64,000 bases of DNA from Erysipelotrichaceae bacterium UBA2227 (GTDB lineage: Bacteria > Bacillota_I > Bacilli_A > Erysipelotrichales > Erysipelotrichaceae). Below, piece by piece: positions 9,484 to 22,067 of this stretch. Position numbers and translations under genes: made by a program. The notes beneath the pieces are model-generated. The model searched no databases. It worked only from the letters and a program-made list of their open reading frames with translations, and was not told the origin of the DNA. The stretch is from assembly GCA_002348095.1 (NCBI GenBank), contig DDYT01000065.1, forward strand, positions 91,526-155,525. Reading direction: 5' to 3'. How positions within the stretch are numbered: position 1 is the first letter of the stretch; each line of letters starts with the position of its first letter.

Positions 9484-12400
9484 CTAACTGTTCTTTTTAC
9501 TTACCGTGTCTTTTGTTTTCACTAATACTTGGATGACTTCAGTCAACCACTTCGGATGTTTCTTGAATTTTAACACGATTTTCCGTTGAATATACTTTAA
9601 CTCAATATCTCTGGATACCTGATTGACAAGCGTAAACAAGGCAACTCCGTCAATCGTATCACTGAACTCCTTCGTAAATACAAGTTCAACAAAAGCGGCC
9701 TGTTCTTTGAATGACTGGATACGATCCTCGCTTAGCAGTATCTCAAGACGCTTCTTTTCAAAAAGTAAAGAAACAACTGCTGGTAAATGGCCGTAAATAT
9801 CCGAAATTTCTTCAATCAAATCATTAAGACCTCTAAGTGACCGGACAGCATCGACGCGTTTATATAAGTTTATTTTCTCGAGATCTTCCGGAGCAAAGTT
9901 TTTCGGAATATATGCATCAACTTTCACATTGACTTTCGCAAGCGGCTCAGCCTGTTGTTCGATGATGATTCCTTGCTTTTCAGCAATCGCCTTCTGCAGC
10001 ATCTCAATATACATATCAATACCTACAGTATCGATAAACCCCGACTGGTCAGGACCAAGCAAATCCCCGGCTCCGCGAATCGTTAAGTCTCTCATGGCGA
10101 TTTTATATCCGCTGCCAAGTTCAGTAAATTCCTTGATAGCTTTTAGTCGTTTTGAGGCAACTTCGGACAACTGCTTTTTGGGTTCATACATCAGATAAGC
10201 GTAGGCCAACCGATCCGAACGACCGACTCTTCCCTTAATCTGATACAACTGAGACAATCCGAATGTATCTGCACGGTCGATAATCATGGTGTTCGCATTT
10301 GGAATATCGATACCTGTTTCAATAATGGTTGTGCATACCAAGACATTACACTCATTCTCAGTAAACTGAACCATTACATTTTCAATTTCCTCGCGGTTCA
10401 TCTGACCGTGAGCCACCGCTACTTTTGCATACGGAATATCTTGCTGAAGCCGATACGCCAGCGAAAAAATCTGCTCTACATTGTTGAAGAGGTAGAATAT
10501 CTGGCCTCCCCTTGCCAGTTCCCGTTCTATGATCTCCTTGATCAGATTTCGGTTTTTTTCTACGATGTAAGTTTGCACAGGCAATCGATTTGAAGGTGGT
10601 GTATTGAGTTGAGAAAGTGAGCGAAGTCCGATCAGTGACATTTGAAGTGTGCGAGGAATTGGGGTCGCGCTTAATGAGAGCACATCGATAGAATTACGGA
10701 GTTCTTTTATGATTTCTTTGTGTTCAACACCAAACCTTTGTTCCTCATCGATGATTAAAAACCCCAAATCGTTAAATTTTACATCTTTTGATAAAATTCG
10801 GTGAGTCCCTATCAGAATATCGATTTTGCCGGATGCGACATCATGCAAGATTTCCTTTTGCTTACTTTCAATCACAAAGCGGTTGAGTACTGCAATATTT
10901 ACCGGATAATTTTTGAATCTTTTCAAGAATGTCTGGTAATGTTGTCGCGAAAGTACAGTTGTCGGACATAGAAAAGCTACTTGCTTGTTTTCACTGACTG
11001 CCTTAAACGCAGCTCGAATAGCAACTTCCGTTTTTCCAAATCCAACATCCCCACAAAGCAGTCTGTCCATCGGTTTTGCTTTTTGCATATCTTCTTTGAT
11101 TTCTGCAAGTGCCTGCTTCTGATCTTCAGTTAAGTCATGTTCAAACTCACTCTCAAATTCCCTTTGAAATTCTGAGTCTTCTTGGTATGCATATCCGATT
11201 TGCTCGCTTCTTGAAGCATATAAACTGATAAGTCGTTCTGCCAAATCCTCGATATTCTCAGATAATCTCTTTTTTGTTTTTACCCACTCACTCGTTCCAA
11301 GTTTGTTAAGTTTAGGAGAAGCGCCTTCTCCCGAGACAAATTTACGGACGAGTCTGAACTGTTCCAAAGGAACATATAAAACATCGTCTCCCCGATAAGC
11401 GATATGTAAAAAATCTTTATGAACGCCATCGATCAACTGGGTGGTAAGTCCCAAATACTTCCCGATCCCGTGTTGCTGATGAACGACATAATCACCTTGG
11501 GATAGTTCATCATAATTGTTGAGAACTTCAGCTTCTTTAAACTTATTGACAAAGCGTCCCAGCCTTACGGTCGAGGAAAACAACTCTCTCGATGTATAAA
11601 CGACTATGTTTTCGTTAATAAGTTCAAATCCTTCATCATACTGGCCATGAATGACCGTAATCCCACGGTGAATCAGGTTTCCGTCAGACATCTGATACGG
11701 AATGTTTTGTTCAATCATTTGATCGATAACGATCCGGATTTCACTTTCAGGTAAAATCAAAACAACATCCGTCGTTTCCGACTGCTGTTTCAATTTTTGA
11801 ACGAGCAACGTCAAAGGCTGGTTCATTTTACTTAGGGCATGCCAAGAAACTCTGACTTCGTTTTTTACATCATACTGATGAATGTACAACGGGTATTTGG
11901 GAGCAAAAATGGTCATTGCATCAAAAAAGACATCAAAAAATGGTACTGCCCGATGATCTTGTGCTAATTCTTGAATATACTCAACGGTATCATTGATAAT
12001 GTGATGCTGTTGTTGTAATACTTCCTCAATACTTGACACAATGACTTTAGACTCGCGTAAATCCAAAAGACTTCCGACTTCTTCCGACATTGCCATATAA
12101 CGATACAGTCTCGGTTCCCGGATATTCTTTTTGATATAAGACAGATCATTCTCAATGTTTTCTGCCAGCGCAGCAAATTCAAGAGTGTCACGATGGTTCG
12201 ATGCCCCTCTCATTCTATTCTCGATCTTGCTTTCTATTTGTCGAATGGATTCCTCAGTAAATATGATATCGGTTGCAAAGGGAATCTGGATTTTTTGAAT
12301 TGTTTCGATTGTCCTTTGTGAATGAGTATCAAAGTAACGAATACTCTCAATTTCTGTATCGAAGAACTCAATACGTATCGGCTGATCATAACTGATAGCA

Positions 12401-12936
12401 AATACATCGATAATACCGCCTCTTTGAGCGAATGTCAGCGGTTGGTCAACCCGATGAGTCTGCGAATAGCCCATCGCTTTTAGTTTGTTGATGATGATCT
12501 CCGGCGCCTTGTTTTCCCCTTGTTTCAACTCGATCATTAGTGAAGTCAGCACATTTTTTGTCGGAATCTTCCTGATAACTGCTGCTGTATGCGTGAAACA
12601 CAAGGGGTTTTCCACAGTCAGCAACTTCATCATAGCTTCCATTTTAAGCGTGTGCATTTCCGGAGATGAAGCAATGGCTTCTACTCTCAATGATTCTTCT
12701 TGAGGATACAAGAAAACCTGCGGTGCATGATTAAGCAAAGCAGCAACTTTTTCAAATAACATCTGTGCCTGATACAGATTGGGTTTAACGATGATCGTCG
12801 GTTGCGGACATTTTTGATATGCAGACGCAATTAAAAGAGCTTCCTGCGCTAAAGATATATTGGCAAATCGTTCTTCACCTTGAAGATAGATCTCAATCGC
12901 TGTCTGATTGCTTATTCGTTGGAGTATGGCTTCCAT
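9484..12936 (-). CDS. mfd: Transcription-repair coupling factor
   Basis: 1150 aa with a CarD-like region ([11 protein letters not shown]), helicase motifs [18 protein letters not shown] and SATPIPRT, and a TRG motif region. Confidence 0.95.
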   Translation of the reverse strand: MEAILQRISNQTAIEIYLQGEERFANISLAQEALLIASAYQKCPQPTIIVKPNLYQAQMLFEKVAALLNHAPQVFLYPQEESLRVEAIASSPEMHTLKMEAMMKLLTVENPLCFTHTAAVIRKIPTKNVLTSLMIELKQGENKAPEIIINKLKAMGYSQTHRVDQPLTFAQRGGIIDVFAISYDQPIRIEFFDTEIESIRYFDTHSQRTIETIQKIQIPFATDIIFTEESIRQIESKIENRMRGASNHRDTLEFAALAENIENDLSYIKKNIREPRLYRYMAMSEEVGSLLDLRESKVIVSSIEEVLQQQHHIINDTVEYIQELAQDHRAVPFFDVFFDAMTIFAPKYPLYIHQYDVKNEVRVSWHALSKMNQPLTLLVQKLKQQSETTDVVLILPESEIRIVIDQMIEQNIPYQMSDGNLIHRGITVIHGQYDEGFELINENIVVYTSRELFSSTVRLGRFVNKFKEAEVLNNYDELSQGDYVVHQQHGIGKYLGLTTQLIDGVHKDFLHIAYRGDDVLYVPLEQFRLVRKFVSGEGASPKLNKLGTSEWVKTKKRLSENIEDLAERLISLYASRSEQIGYAYQEDSEFQREFESEFEHDLTEDQKQALAEIKEDMQKAKPMDRLLCGDVGFGKTEVAIRAAFKAVSENKQVAFLCPTTVLSRQHYQTFLKRFKNYPVNIAVLNRFVIESKQKEILHDVASGKIDILIGTHRILSKDVKFNDLGFLIIDEEQRFGVEHKEIIKELRNSIDVLSLSATPIPRTLQMSLIGLRSLSQLNTPPSNRLPVQTYIVEKNRNLIKEIIERELARGGQIFYLFNNVEQIFSLAYRLQQDIPYAKVAVAHGQMNREEIENVMVQFTENECNVLVCTTIIETGIDIPNANTMIIDRADTFGLSQLYQIKGRVGRSDRLAYAYLMYEPKKQLSEVASKRLKAIKEFTELGSGYKIAMRDLTIRGAGDLLGPDQSGFIDTVGIDMYIEMLQKAIAEKQGIIIEQQAEPLAKVNVKVDAYIPKNFAPEDLEKINLYKRVDAVRSLRGLNDLIEEISDIYGHLPAVVSLLFEKKRLEILLSEDRIQSFKEQAAFVELVFTKEFSDTIDGVALFTLVNQVSRDIELKYIQRKIVLKFKKHPKWLTEVIQVLVKTKDTVSKKNS

Positions 12937-13498
12937 TGCTTTTCCCGTTGTTGCGATCGATCGCTTCTTTTAGCCCGCCTTTAATAAACAGCAATGCTGT
13001 TTCGGCCGCTTCATTTATACTTGAATTATAAAGATCTCTGTTTTCAGGTTCTACTTTCCCTAGCACATAATGTACTGTATCAATCAAAGGATTCTTTCCG
13101 ATGCCGACTCGTAACCGCGGTATATTCATGTCATTTAAGTGATCGATAATGCTTTTCAGTCCTTTTTGACCACCGGCACTCCCGCTGGCCCGAATTCGGA
13201 TCTTTCCTACGGGTAAATCCAGGTCGTCACTTATGACTAAGATATCTTCATGTTTGATTTTGAAAAACCGAACCGCAGCGCTGACCGCTTCCCCGGATAA
13301 GTTCATGTATGTTTGAGGTTTTAAAAGCATCACTTGCTCATTGTTGTAAACGACGACCGCATACTGAGAATGAAATTTCGACTGAAGGAACTGCGTATTG
13401 AGTTTTTCCGCAAGTTTTTCAATGACTAAAAACCCGGTATTATGTCGGGTTTGTTCGTATTTTTTGCCTGGATTTCCTAATCCGACGATAAGTTTCAT
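12893..13498 (-). CDS. pth: Peptidyl-tRNA hydrolase
   Basis: MKLIVGLGNPGKKYEQTRHNTGF signature. The start is ATG 13498 after GAAGGTGAAG. The 3' end overlaps the mfd start by 44 nt. Confidence 0.9.
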   Translation of the reverse strand: MKLIVGLGNPGKKYEQTRHNTGFLVIEKLAEKLNTQFLQSKFHSQYAVVVYNNEQVMLLKPQTYMNLSGEAVSAAVRFFKIKHEDILVISDDLDLPVGKIRIRASGSAGGQKGLKSIIDHLNDMNIPRLRVGIGKNPLIDTVHYVLGKVEPENRDLYNSSINEAAETALLFIKGGLKEAIDRNNGKSNGSHTPTNKQSDSD

Positions 13499-13563
13499 GA
13501 CTTCACCTTCGTTTCTATTATACACATGTTTTTCGAAGAAAAAACTTTTCCTTGAAGGAAAAG

Positions 13564-14178
13564 TCAGTTTTTGCTTTTATCGAATATGATGCGCAATCGG
13601 CGATGATTGCCATCCCCTTCGCTCTCTGTACGGATGTTTTTCATTTCCGAAAGCATCTGGTGGATTACTTTTCTTTCGTCATTGGGCATCGGGTCTAGGA
13701 CTGCACTTATCTTTGTGCGTTGTACTGTTCTTGCAATTCTCGTTGCCATCGCTTTGACCTTATCATAGCGGTCGTTTTTATAGTTATTGATATCGATCAG
13801 TACTTGAAAGCGGCGCTTGAAGAAAGAATTTACAGCTCCTCGAACGACCGTATTTATCGCCTGAAGTGTTTGTCCGCCTCTGCCAATCAGTATTGCGTTG
13901 TTTTCAGCATTAATCATCACCTTAAATGCTTCATTCTGGCGTTCAACAGTAACCTCAATGGATTGTTCAAAGTTTTTAAAGAACGTTTCCAAGTATGTTT
14001 TGAGAAAATCGCTTACATCGTTTAAGCAGTAAATTTCCGCAGTGACTTGGGCACCAAAACCTAAGAATCCCTGTTTCTCTTCAAGAACGTAGTACGTAAG
14101 TTCATCTACCCGTACACCTTTTTCCTTAGCGACTTTATCAAGCAATTCCTCTAAGTTTTTCCCGGTATACTTTTTCAT
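13564..14178 (-). CDS. jag: Jag/KhpB RNA-binding protein (Jag_N, KH, R3H)
   Basis: GGQTLQAINTV KH-like segment and a C-terminal R3H segment (ERKVIHQML). It lies downstream of yidC as in most Firmicutes. Confidence 0.85.
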   Translation of the reverse strand: MKKYTGKNLEELLDKVAKEKGVRVDELTYYVLEEKQGFLGFGAQVTAEIYCLNDVSDFLKTYLETFFKNFEQSIEVTVERQNEAFKVMINAENNAILIGRGGQTLQAINTVVRGAVNSFFKRRFQVLIDINNYKNDRYDKVKAMATRIARTVQRTKISAVLDPMPNDERKVIHQMLSEMKNIRTESEGDGNHRRLRIIFDKSKN

Positions 14179-14180
14179 AG

Positions 14181-15050
14181 TTATTTCGCTCCTGCCGGAG
14201 TATCAATATACTTCCATTGAATAAATAATGTTTGAACGACTTGGGCAAATGCGCTTACCAACCAGTACAATGACATTGCGGTAGGCCAGTTAATAGAAAT
14301 AACCATAATCATCGCAAACATACCGTACATCATACCTTTTTGGTTGTTTGGTGCCGGTTTTTCATTTGGACGCTTCTTGGCTGCCTTTTTGGCCAGATGC
14401 TGAGGAAGCATCATCGATGCAAACTGGAAAGCTCCCATCAACAAGAAAATGATGATGTAGATGAAATTCATTTCGAGAAACCCAGTCATCGGTGTAACTT
14501 TTAAACTAGCTCCAAATAATGTTCCGTTAAGAACGGCTTCTGAACGCTGAACAGCTTGCCACATTGCCAAAATGATGGGCAGCTGAATGAAGGTTACCAA
14601 AATCGTGCCTAATGGATTGATGTTATGTTTGCTGTAAAGGGCCTGCATTTCCTGTCCCATTGCCAAACGTGACTGATCATCTTTCTTACCTTCATACTTC
14701 TTCTGAATTTTATTGAGTTCAGGTTGGATGACTTGCATTTTTTGAGTAGCTACGGTCGACTTGATGGTAAATGTCAATGTCAGCAGTTTGATGAAAACCG
14801 TCACAATCGCAATTGCCAGAGCAATTCCTAAAAACGGTTGTAAAAAATTGATGGCTTTTGCCAGCGGGAATACAAACAATGCGGAAAACCAGCTTTCATT
14901 CGCCCATATTTCAGCCAGTGTCGTCGTCGATGAGATAATTTTGTCCGGTAATACGTTACCATCCTTATCTAGAACACTGGTACAGCCGCTTAAGAATAAA
15001 AGCAGCGTTCCGGCACCGATAAGGGTCTTGTGTTTTTTAAATACGTTCAT
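14181..15050 (-). CDS. yidC: Membrane protein insertase YidC/SpoIIIJ (lipoprotein)
   Basis: Lipobox LLFLSGC, the multi-TM 60-kDa-IMP core and a basic C-terminal tail. It sits in the rnpA-yidC-jag order. Confidence 0.9.
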   Translation of the reverse strand: MNVFKKHKTLIGAGTLLLFLSGCTSVLDKDGNVLPDKIISSTTTLAEIWANESWFSALFVFPLAKAINFLQPFLGIALAIAIVTVFIKLLTLTFTIKSTVATQKMQVIQPELNKIQKKYEGKKDDQSRLAMGQEMQALYSKHNINPLGTILVTFIQLPIILAMWQAVQRSEAVLNGTLFGASLKVTPMTGFLEMNFIYIIIFLLMGAFQFASMMLPQHLAKKAAKKRPNEKPAPNNQKGMMYGMFAMIMVISINWPTAMSLYWLVSAFAQVVQTLFIQWKYIDTPAGAK

Positions 15051-15408
15051 CTTTAATCTCCTTCATAGATTGTGCGTCATAGTATATTTTAATCTTTTTT
15101 AACAATGTTTCCAACTCTTTTTTATTCTCGTTGTAACTTTGCACAAGATAGCCGCCACGAATAATACAAATCACATCAAATTCTTCTTCAAAAGTCATCA
15201 ATTGCTGAAACATCATCCGACACTGTCTTTTGATCTTGTTCCTGACGACCGCATTACCCAATTTCTTCGAAACCGTGATGCCGACACGAGAATGTGTGTC
15301 AGATCGTTTCACATGATAAAGGACAAAGCACTTGTTTGTAAAAAAGTGTCGTTTGCCAATGATCGATTGAAACTCACGAGCATTCTTGATGCGAAGAGAT
15401 TTTCTCAT
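15037..15408 (-). CDS. rnpA: Ribonuclease P protein component
   Basis: 123 aa, basic, with the RVGITVSKKLGNAVVRNKIKR (RNR-type) motif. It lies downstream of rpmH. Confidence 0.9.
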   Translation of the reverse strand: MRKSLRIKNAREFQSIIGKRHFFTNKCFVLYHVKRSDTHSRVGITVSKKLGNAVVRNKIKRQCRMMFQQLMTFEEEFDVICIIRGGYLVQSYNENKKELETLLKKIKIYYDAQSMKEIKDERI

Positions 15409-15416
15409 AAAACTTA

Positions 15417-15443
15417 AAAAAAGTCACCCGAAGGTGACTTTTT
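15417..15443 (-). terminator. Hairpin between rpmH and rnpA (possible partial terminator or processing site)
   Basis: AAAAAGTCACC-NNNN-GGTGACTTTTT perfect 6-bp GC-containing stem flanked by A/T runs, overlapping the rpmH stop. Confidence 0.4.
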
Positions 15444-15576
15444 ACGCCGACAAGATCTTTCTGCCTTTTGCGCGACGACGGGCCAACACTTTGCGACCTC
15501 CGACCGTTTTCATACGGGCTCTGAAACCGTGGACCTTTTGGTGTTTTCTTTTGCTCGGTTGATAAGTTCTTTTCAC
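15442..15576 (-). CDS. rpmH: 50S ribosomal protein L34
   Basis: Not in the ORF track because it is under 60 aa. My translation is (V/M)[43 protein letters not shown]: 44 aa, GTG start, GGAGGTGG RBS. Confidence 0.9.
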   Translation of the reverse strand: MKRTYQPSKRKHQKVHGFRARMKTVGGRKVLARRRAKGRKILSA

Positions 15577-15599
15577 AAGAGCCACCTCCAGTTCTTTAT

Positions 15600-16130
15600 A
15601 CAATATTGAGCAATTGCTAGTAGATTATACATAATTCTCAGGTATAAGTCAACAAAAGCATGACATTATCCAAGTCGATCCCGCATCATGTATCACTCAT
15701 CATATGAAATGTAAAAACATGAATCATTTTCAATGTTGTGAATAAGTGTTTTTCCACATTATTTCGTGTTGATTATAATGCAATTTTACACACTATTTTC
15801 AACACTTTGATATCCCGTTTAATAAACATTTGTTAATTATGTTGAAAGCATTAAAATATCTACTTAAAAAGCCTGTTTATTATGTGGATATTATGTTGAA
15901 AACCCAATATCGGCATTCGAAATATTCACAAAAGCAACAGATTTAAAATCCACAAGGAGTTTCTCACACATTATCAACAAAATGCAATTTGTTTAATATT
16001 GTGGGAAACTGTGATTTACGCTTTAAAATGGGAAGTTTCTGCATTTTTGTGTGTGGAGAAAATTGTTTCATAAAAATTGACTGTGGAAATCCCTCGATTA
16101 TTTATGTAAAATGAGTACACACAGAAGGGT
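15600..16130. other. oriC part 1: DnaA-box cluster upstream of dnaA
   Basis: Near-consensus TTATCCACA boxes lie on both strands. They are 15750-15758 TTTTCCACA; 15883-15891 (reverse complement ATATCCACA); 15946-15954 AAATCCACA; 15971-15979 TTATCAACA; 16000-16008 (reverse complement TTTCCCACA); 16052-16060 (reverse complement TTCTCCACA); and 16082-16090 (reverse complement ATTTCCACA). The region is a non-coding, AT-rich stretch of about 550 bp between divergent rpmH and dnaA. Confidence 0.8.
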
Positions 16131-16142
16131 TTGGTAGGGGTT

Positions 16143-17498
16143 ATGACGTATGTTGAGACATATCTGGAAGACATCTGGAGCAAAACTAAACAATACATGA
16201 AAAGCAGTGGTTATATTGATGCCATTGTTTATGATACTTACTTTGATGAATCCTCACTTAAGGATCTCTCTGAAAGTAAGGCTGTGATCGTTGTTCCGAC
16301 ACAAATTCAAAAGGTTATCTTGATGCAGGAGACCGTTTTTATCACGTCTTCTCTTAAGACTGTTTTGGATAAGGATGTCGATTGTGATATTTATACGCAG
16401 CATGAGTTTACCAAACGACCTTCATCAATGGTTATCAACCCAAATACGCTTGATAAATCGGATGATGATGGTGTTTTATCCTTTTACACATTTGATAATT
16501 TTGTTGTTGGGCCCAGTAATAAAGAATCTCATTCCGCTGCATTGGCTTGTGCTTATAATCCTGGGAAATTCTATAATCCTCTTTTTATATTTGGAAACTC
16601 CGGACTGGGAAAAACACACTTATTGAATGCAATCGGGAATTATGTTAAGAGAAATTATCCTGAAAAGCGCGTTTTGTATACTTCCGGAGCTGATTTTGTC
16701 ACTCGTGTCGTATCTTCTATTAAAGATAATTCGATTGAAGAGTTTAAACTGGATATGCAGATGGTTGATGTATTGTTGATGGATGACATCCAATTTTTAG
16801 CCGGAAAAGAGAAATCTCACGAGATTTTCTTCTATATTTTTAATGATTTAGTCAATAACCGCCGTCAAATCGTATTAACATCCGACAGACACCCACAAGA
16901 TATTAAGGGTTTAGAGGAGCGATTGATCAGTCGTTTTTCATCAGGTTTGTCAGTAGGTGTCGATTCGCCTGAATTTGAGACCTCTATGGCGATTTTAAAG
17001 AAGAAAATGGAGTATCAAAGTGTTGATCCGACCTTTATTGACGATGATGTGCTTGCCTATATAGCAACTAATTTTTCAAAAGACGTCAGAAAATTGGAAG
17101 GTGCTTTAAACCGCTTGCTTTTTTATTCGATTAATTTTTCAAACAGTGGCAGAATAGACTTCAAAACCGCTGTCAGTGCATTTAAAGGACAATCTGCCGT
17201 CAGTGACAAAAACGAATTGTCAGCTAATAAGATCAAACGTGTGGTTGCTGATTACTACGGGTTGACCAAACAACAGCTTATTTCTAAATCGAGAACTAAA
17301 AACATTGCAAATGCGCGACACATCGCAATGTATTTGTGCAGAAAACACCTTGATTTACCCTTTATAAAGATTGGTGAAGAGTTTGGTAAACGTGATCATT
17401 CAACGGTGATTAGTTCCTGTGACAAAGTTGATAAACAGTGTAAGAGCGATGAAGTATTTCTGGTTGCAATCAAAGAAATCGAGAGGTTGTTAATTTAG
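16143..17498 (+). CDS. dnaA: Chromosomal replication initiator protein DnaA
   Basis: GNSGLGKTHLL Walker A, LLMDDIQFL, and C-terminal helix-turn-helix NIANARHIAMYLCRK...DHSTV. ATG 16143 is preferred over the TTG at 16131. Confidence 0.95.
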   Translation: MTYVETYLEDIWSKTKQYMKSSGYIDAIVYDTYFDESSLKDLSESKAVIVVPTQIQKVILMQETVFITSSLKTVLDKDVDCDIYTQHEFTKRPSSMVINPNTLDKSDDDGVLSFYTFDNFVVGPSNKESHSAALACAYNPGKFYNPLFIFGNSGLGKTHLLNAIGNYVKRNYPEKRVLYTSGADFVTRVVSSIKDNSIEEFKLDMQMVDVLLMDDIQFLAGKEKSHEIFFYIFNDLVNNRRQIVLTSDRHPQDIKGLEERLISRFSSGLSVGVDSPEFETSMAILKKKMEYQSVDPTFIDDDVLAYIATNFSKDVRKLEGALNRLLFYSINFSNSGRIDFKTAVSAFKGQSAVSDKNELSANKIKRVVADYYGLTKQQLISKSRTKNIANARHIAMYLCRKHLDLPFIKIGEEFGKRDHSTVISSCDKVDKQCKSDEVFLVAIKEIERLLI

Positions 17499-17639
17499 TT
17501 ATCAACAAATTTAAACTCTTTATTTTAACAGGAAAAAGTGGTAAAATAGTATAGTAAATAATAGGCTTTTTGGATTTTATCAACATTTCCACGGGCTTAA
17601 TTATAATTATCTTGAAGAAGATAACAGGAGGTCAACAAC
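17499..17639. other. oriC part 2: DnaA boxes plus an AT-rich candidate unwinding element between dnaA and dnaN
   Basis: TTATCAACA occurs at 17499-17507 and 17577-17585, with an adjacent ATTTCCACG. The intervening 17510-17570 is strongly AT-rich. This is the bipartite arrangement typical of Firmicutes. Confidence 0.65.
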
Positions 17640-18761
17640 ATGGATTTCAGAATTTCTAAGAGAGCTTTCTACAATGCTTTGTCTGCAGTTGCAAGAGCTA
17701 TCTCTGCGAATTCGCCATTGCCGTCATTATCAGGAATTAAGATCGAAGTTTCCCATGAAGAAATCGTTCTGACTGGCAGCGATTCGGAAATTTCAATTCA
17801 AAAGCGTTTACTTAAAGGATTGGATGATTTTTTATTGGATATAAAAGAACCCGGATCCATTGTTATCGAAGCAAAATATATCTTGGAAATCGTCCGGAAA
17901 ATTGATGCTGATGAAATCCATGTTGAAATAATCGACGGTTCATTGACAAGAATCAGCGGACATTCAGCTGAGTTTAATATCAATGGTATGAAAGCTGTTG
18001 ATTATCCGATGATTGATTTTTCAAAACCGCAGAAGCAATTCTCAATCGATGCGGATGTATTGGCGAAAGTCATTAACCAGACAGCATTTGCAACAAGTGA
18101 CAAAGAAACCCGTCCGGTGTTGACAGGGGTAAACTTTAAAGCAGAAGGCAATCGTCTTGAATGTGTGGCAACGGACAGTTACAGATTGGCTCGAAAGATC
18201 ATTTCTTTGGATGAATCGAACCATTTCAATATTACAATACCTTCAAAAGCACTGAGCGAAATCGTTAAAACGATTGAAAGAGACAGCCGGGTGCTTGTTT
18301 GTGTATCTGATAAAAAGGCGCAGTTTTGGATCGATCATACCGTGATTCAAACCCGCTTGATTGACGGCGTGTATCCGGAAACCGGTCGTTTGATTCCAAC
18401 AGAATTTCTCTATGAACTGACTGTGGATACCAGGGACATGCTCAATGCTATTGACCGTGCATCATTCATTAAGAGCGAAGGGATTTCAATTATAAAACTT
18501 TCTGCTTCTGAAAAAGAAATTGTAATTTCCAGTAAATCGCAGGAAGTCGGTTCTTCGACCGAGAAACTTACAGCAATTCAATACAAGGGTAAACCGTTAG
18601 AAATTTCATTTAGCGGTCGGTATGTATTTGATGCAATTCGAGTACTTAACGGTCCGATTGTCAAAATTGAGTTCTGTGGTGAGATGAAACCGTTTATCAT
18701 ACGGAACATGGATGATGATTCGGTATTACAGTTGGTCTTACCGGTAAGAACATACTCCTAA
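17640..18761 (+). CDS. dnaN: DNA polymerase III beta sliding clamp
   Basis: 373 aa with the three-domain clamp pattern (TDSYRLA, LPVRTY C-terminus). AGGAGG RBS. Confidence 0.95.
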   Translation: MDFRISKRAFYNALSAVARAISANSPLPSLSGIKIEVSHEEIVLTGSDSEISIQKRLLKGLDDFLLDIKEPGSIVIEAKYILEIVRKIDADEIHVEIIDGSLTRISGHSAEFNINGMKAVDYPMIDFSKPQKQFSIDADVLAKVINQTAFATSDKETRPVLTGVNFKAEGNRLECVATDSYRLARKIISLDESNHFNITIPSKALSEIVKTIERDSRVLVCVSDKKAQFWIDHTVIQTRLIDGVYPETGRLIPTEFLYELTVDTRDMLNAIDRASFIKSEGISIIKLSASEKEIVISSKSQEVGSSTEKLTAIQYKGKPLEISFSGRYVFDAIRVLNGPIVKIEFCGEMKPFIIRNMDDDSVLQLVLPVRTYS

Positions 18762-18766
18762 AAGTG

Positions 18767-18789
18767 AAAAGGCCCTTAGGGGCCGTTTT
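18767..18789 (+). terminator. Rho-independent terminator after dnaN
   Basis: AAAAGGCCC-TTAG-GGGCCGTTTT. Confidence 0.7.
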
Positions 18790-18831
18790 CATGAGAGGAT
18801 GTCACATCTTCGGTTGGAAAGAAGGTTGTTT

Positions 18832-19031
18832 ATGGTCAAAATAGATACCGAATATATCACACTGGGTCAGTTACTTAAAATGACAGATTGTATAAGTTCT
18901 GGCGCACAGGCAAAATTTGCGGTGAAAGAGCTTAGGATTTTTGTTAATGGCGAGAAAGAAGACCGCAGAGGCAGAAAATTATATCCTGGTGACGTCGTCA
19001 ATGTTGAAAAGATGACATTCAAGGTCGAAAA

Positions 19032-19035
<4 letters not shown>
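18832..19035 (+). CDS. yaaA: S4-like RNA-binding protein YaaA
   Basis: 67 aa, ITLGQLLK...FVNGEKEDRRGRKLYPGDVV, in the conserved dnaN-yaaA-recF position. The start is placed at ATG 18832. Confidence 0.8.
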
Positions 19036-22054
<3,019 letters not shown>

Positions 22055-22067
22055 AAGGAGGTAAATC

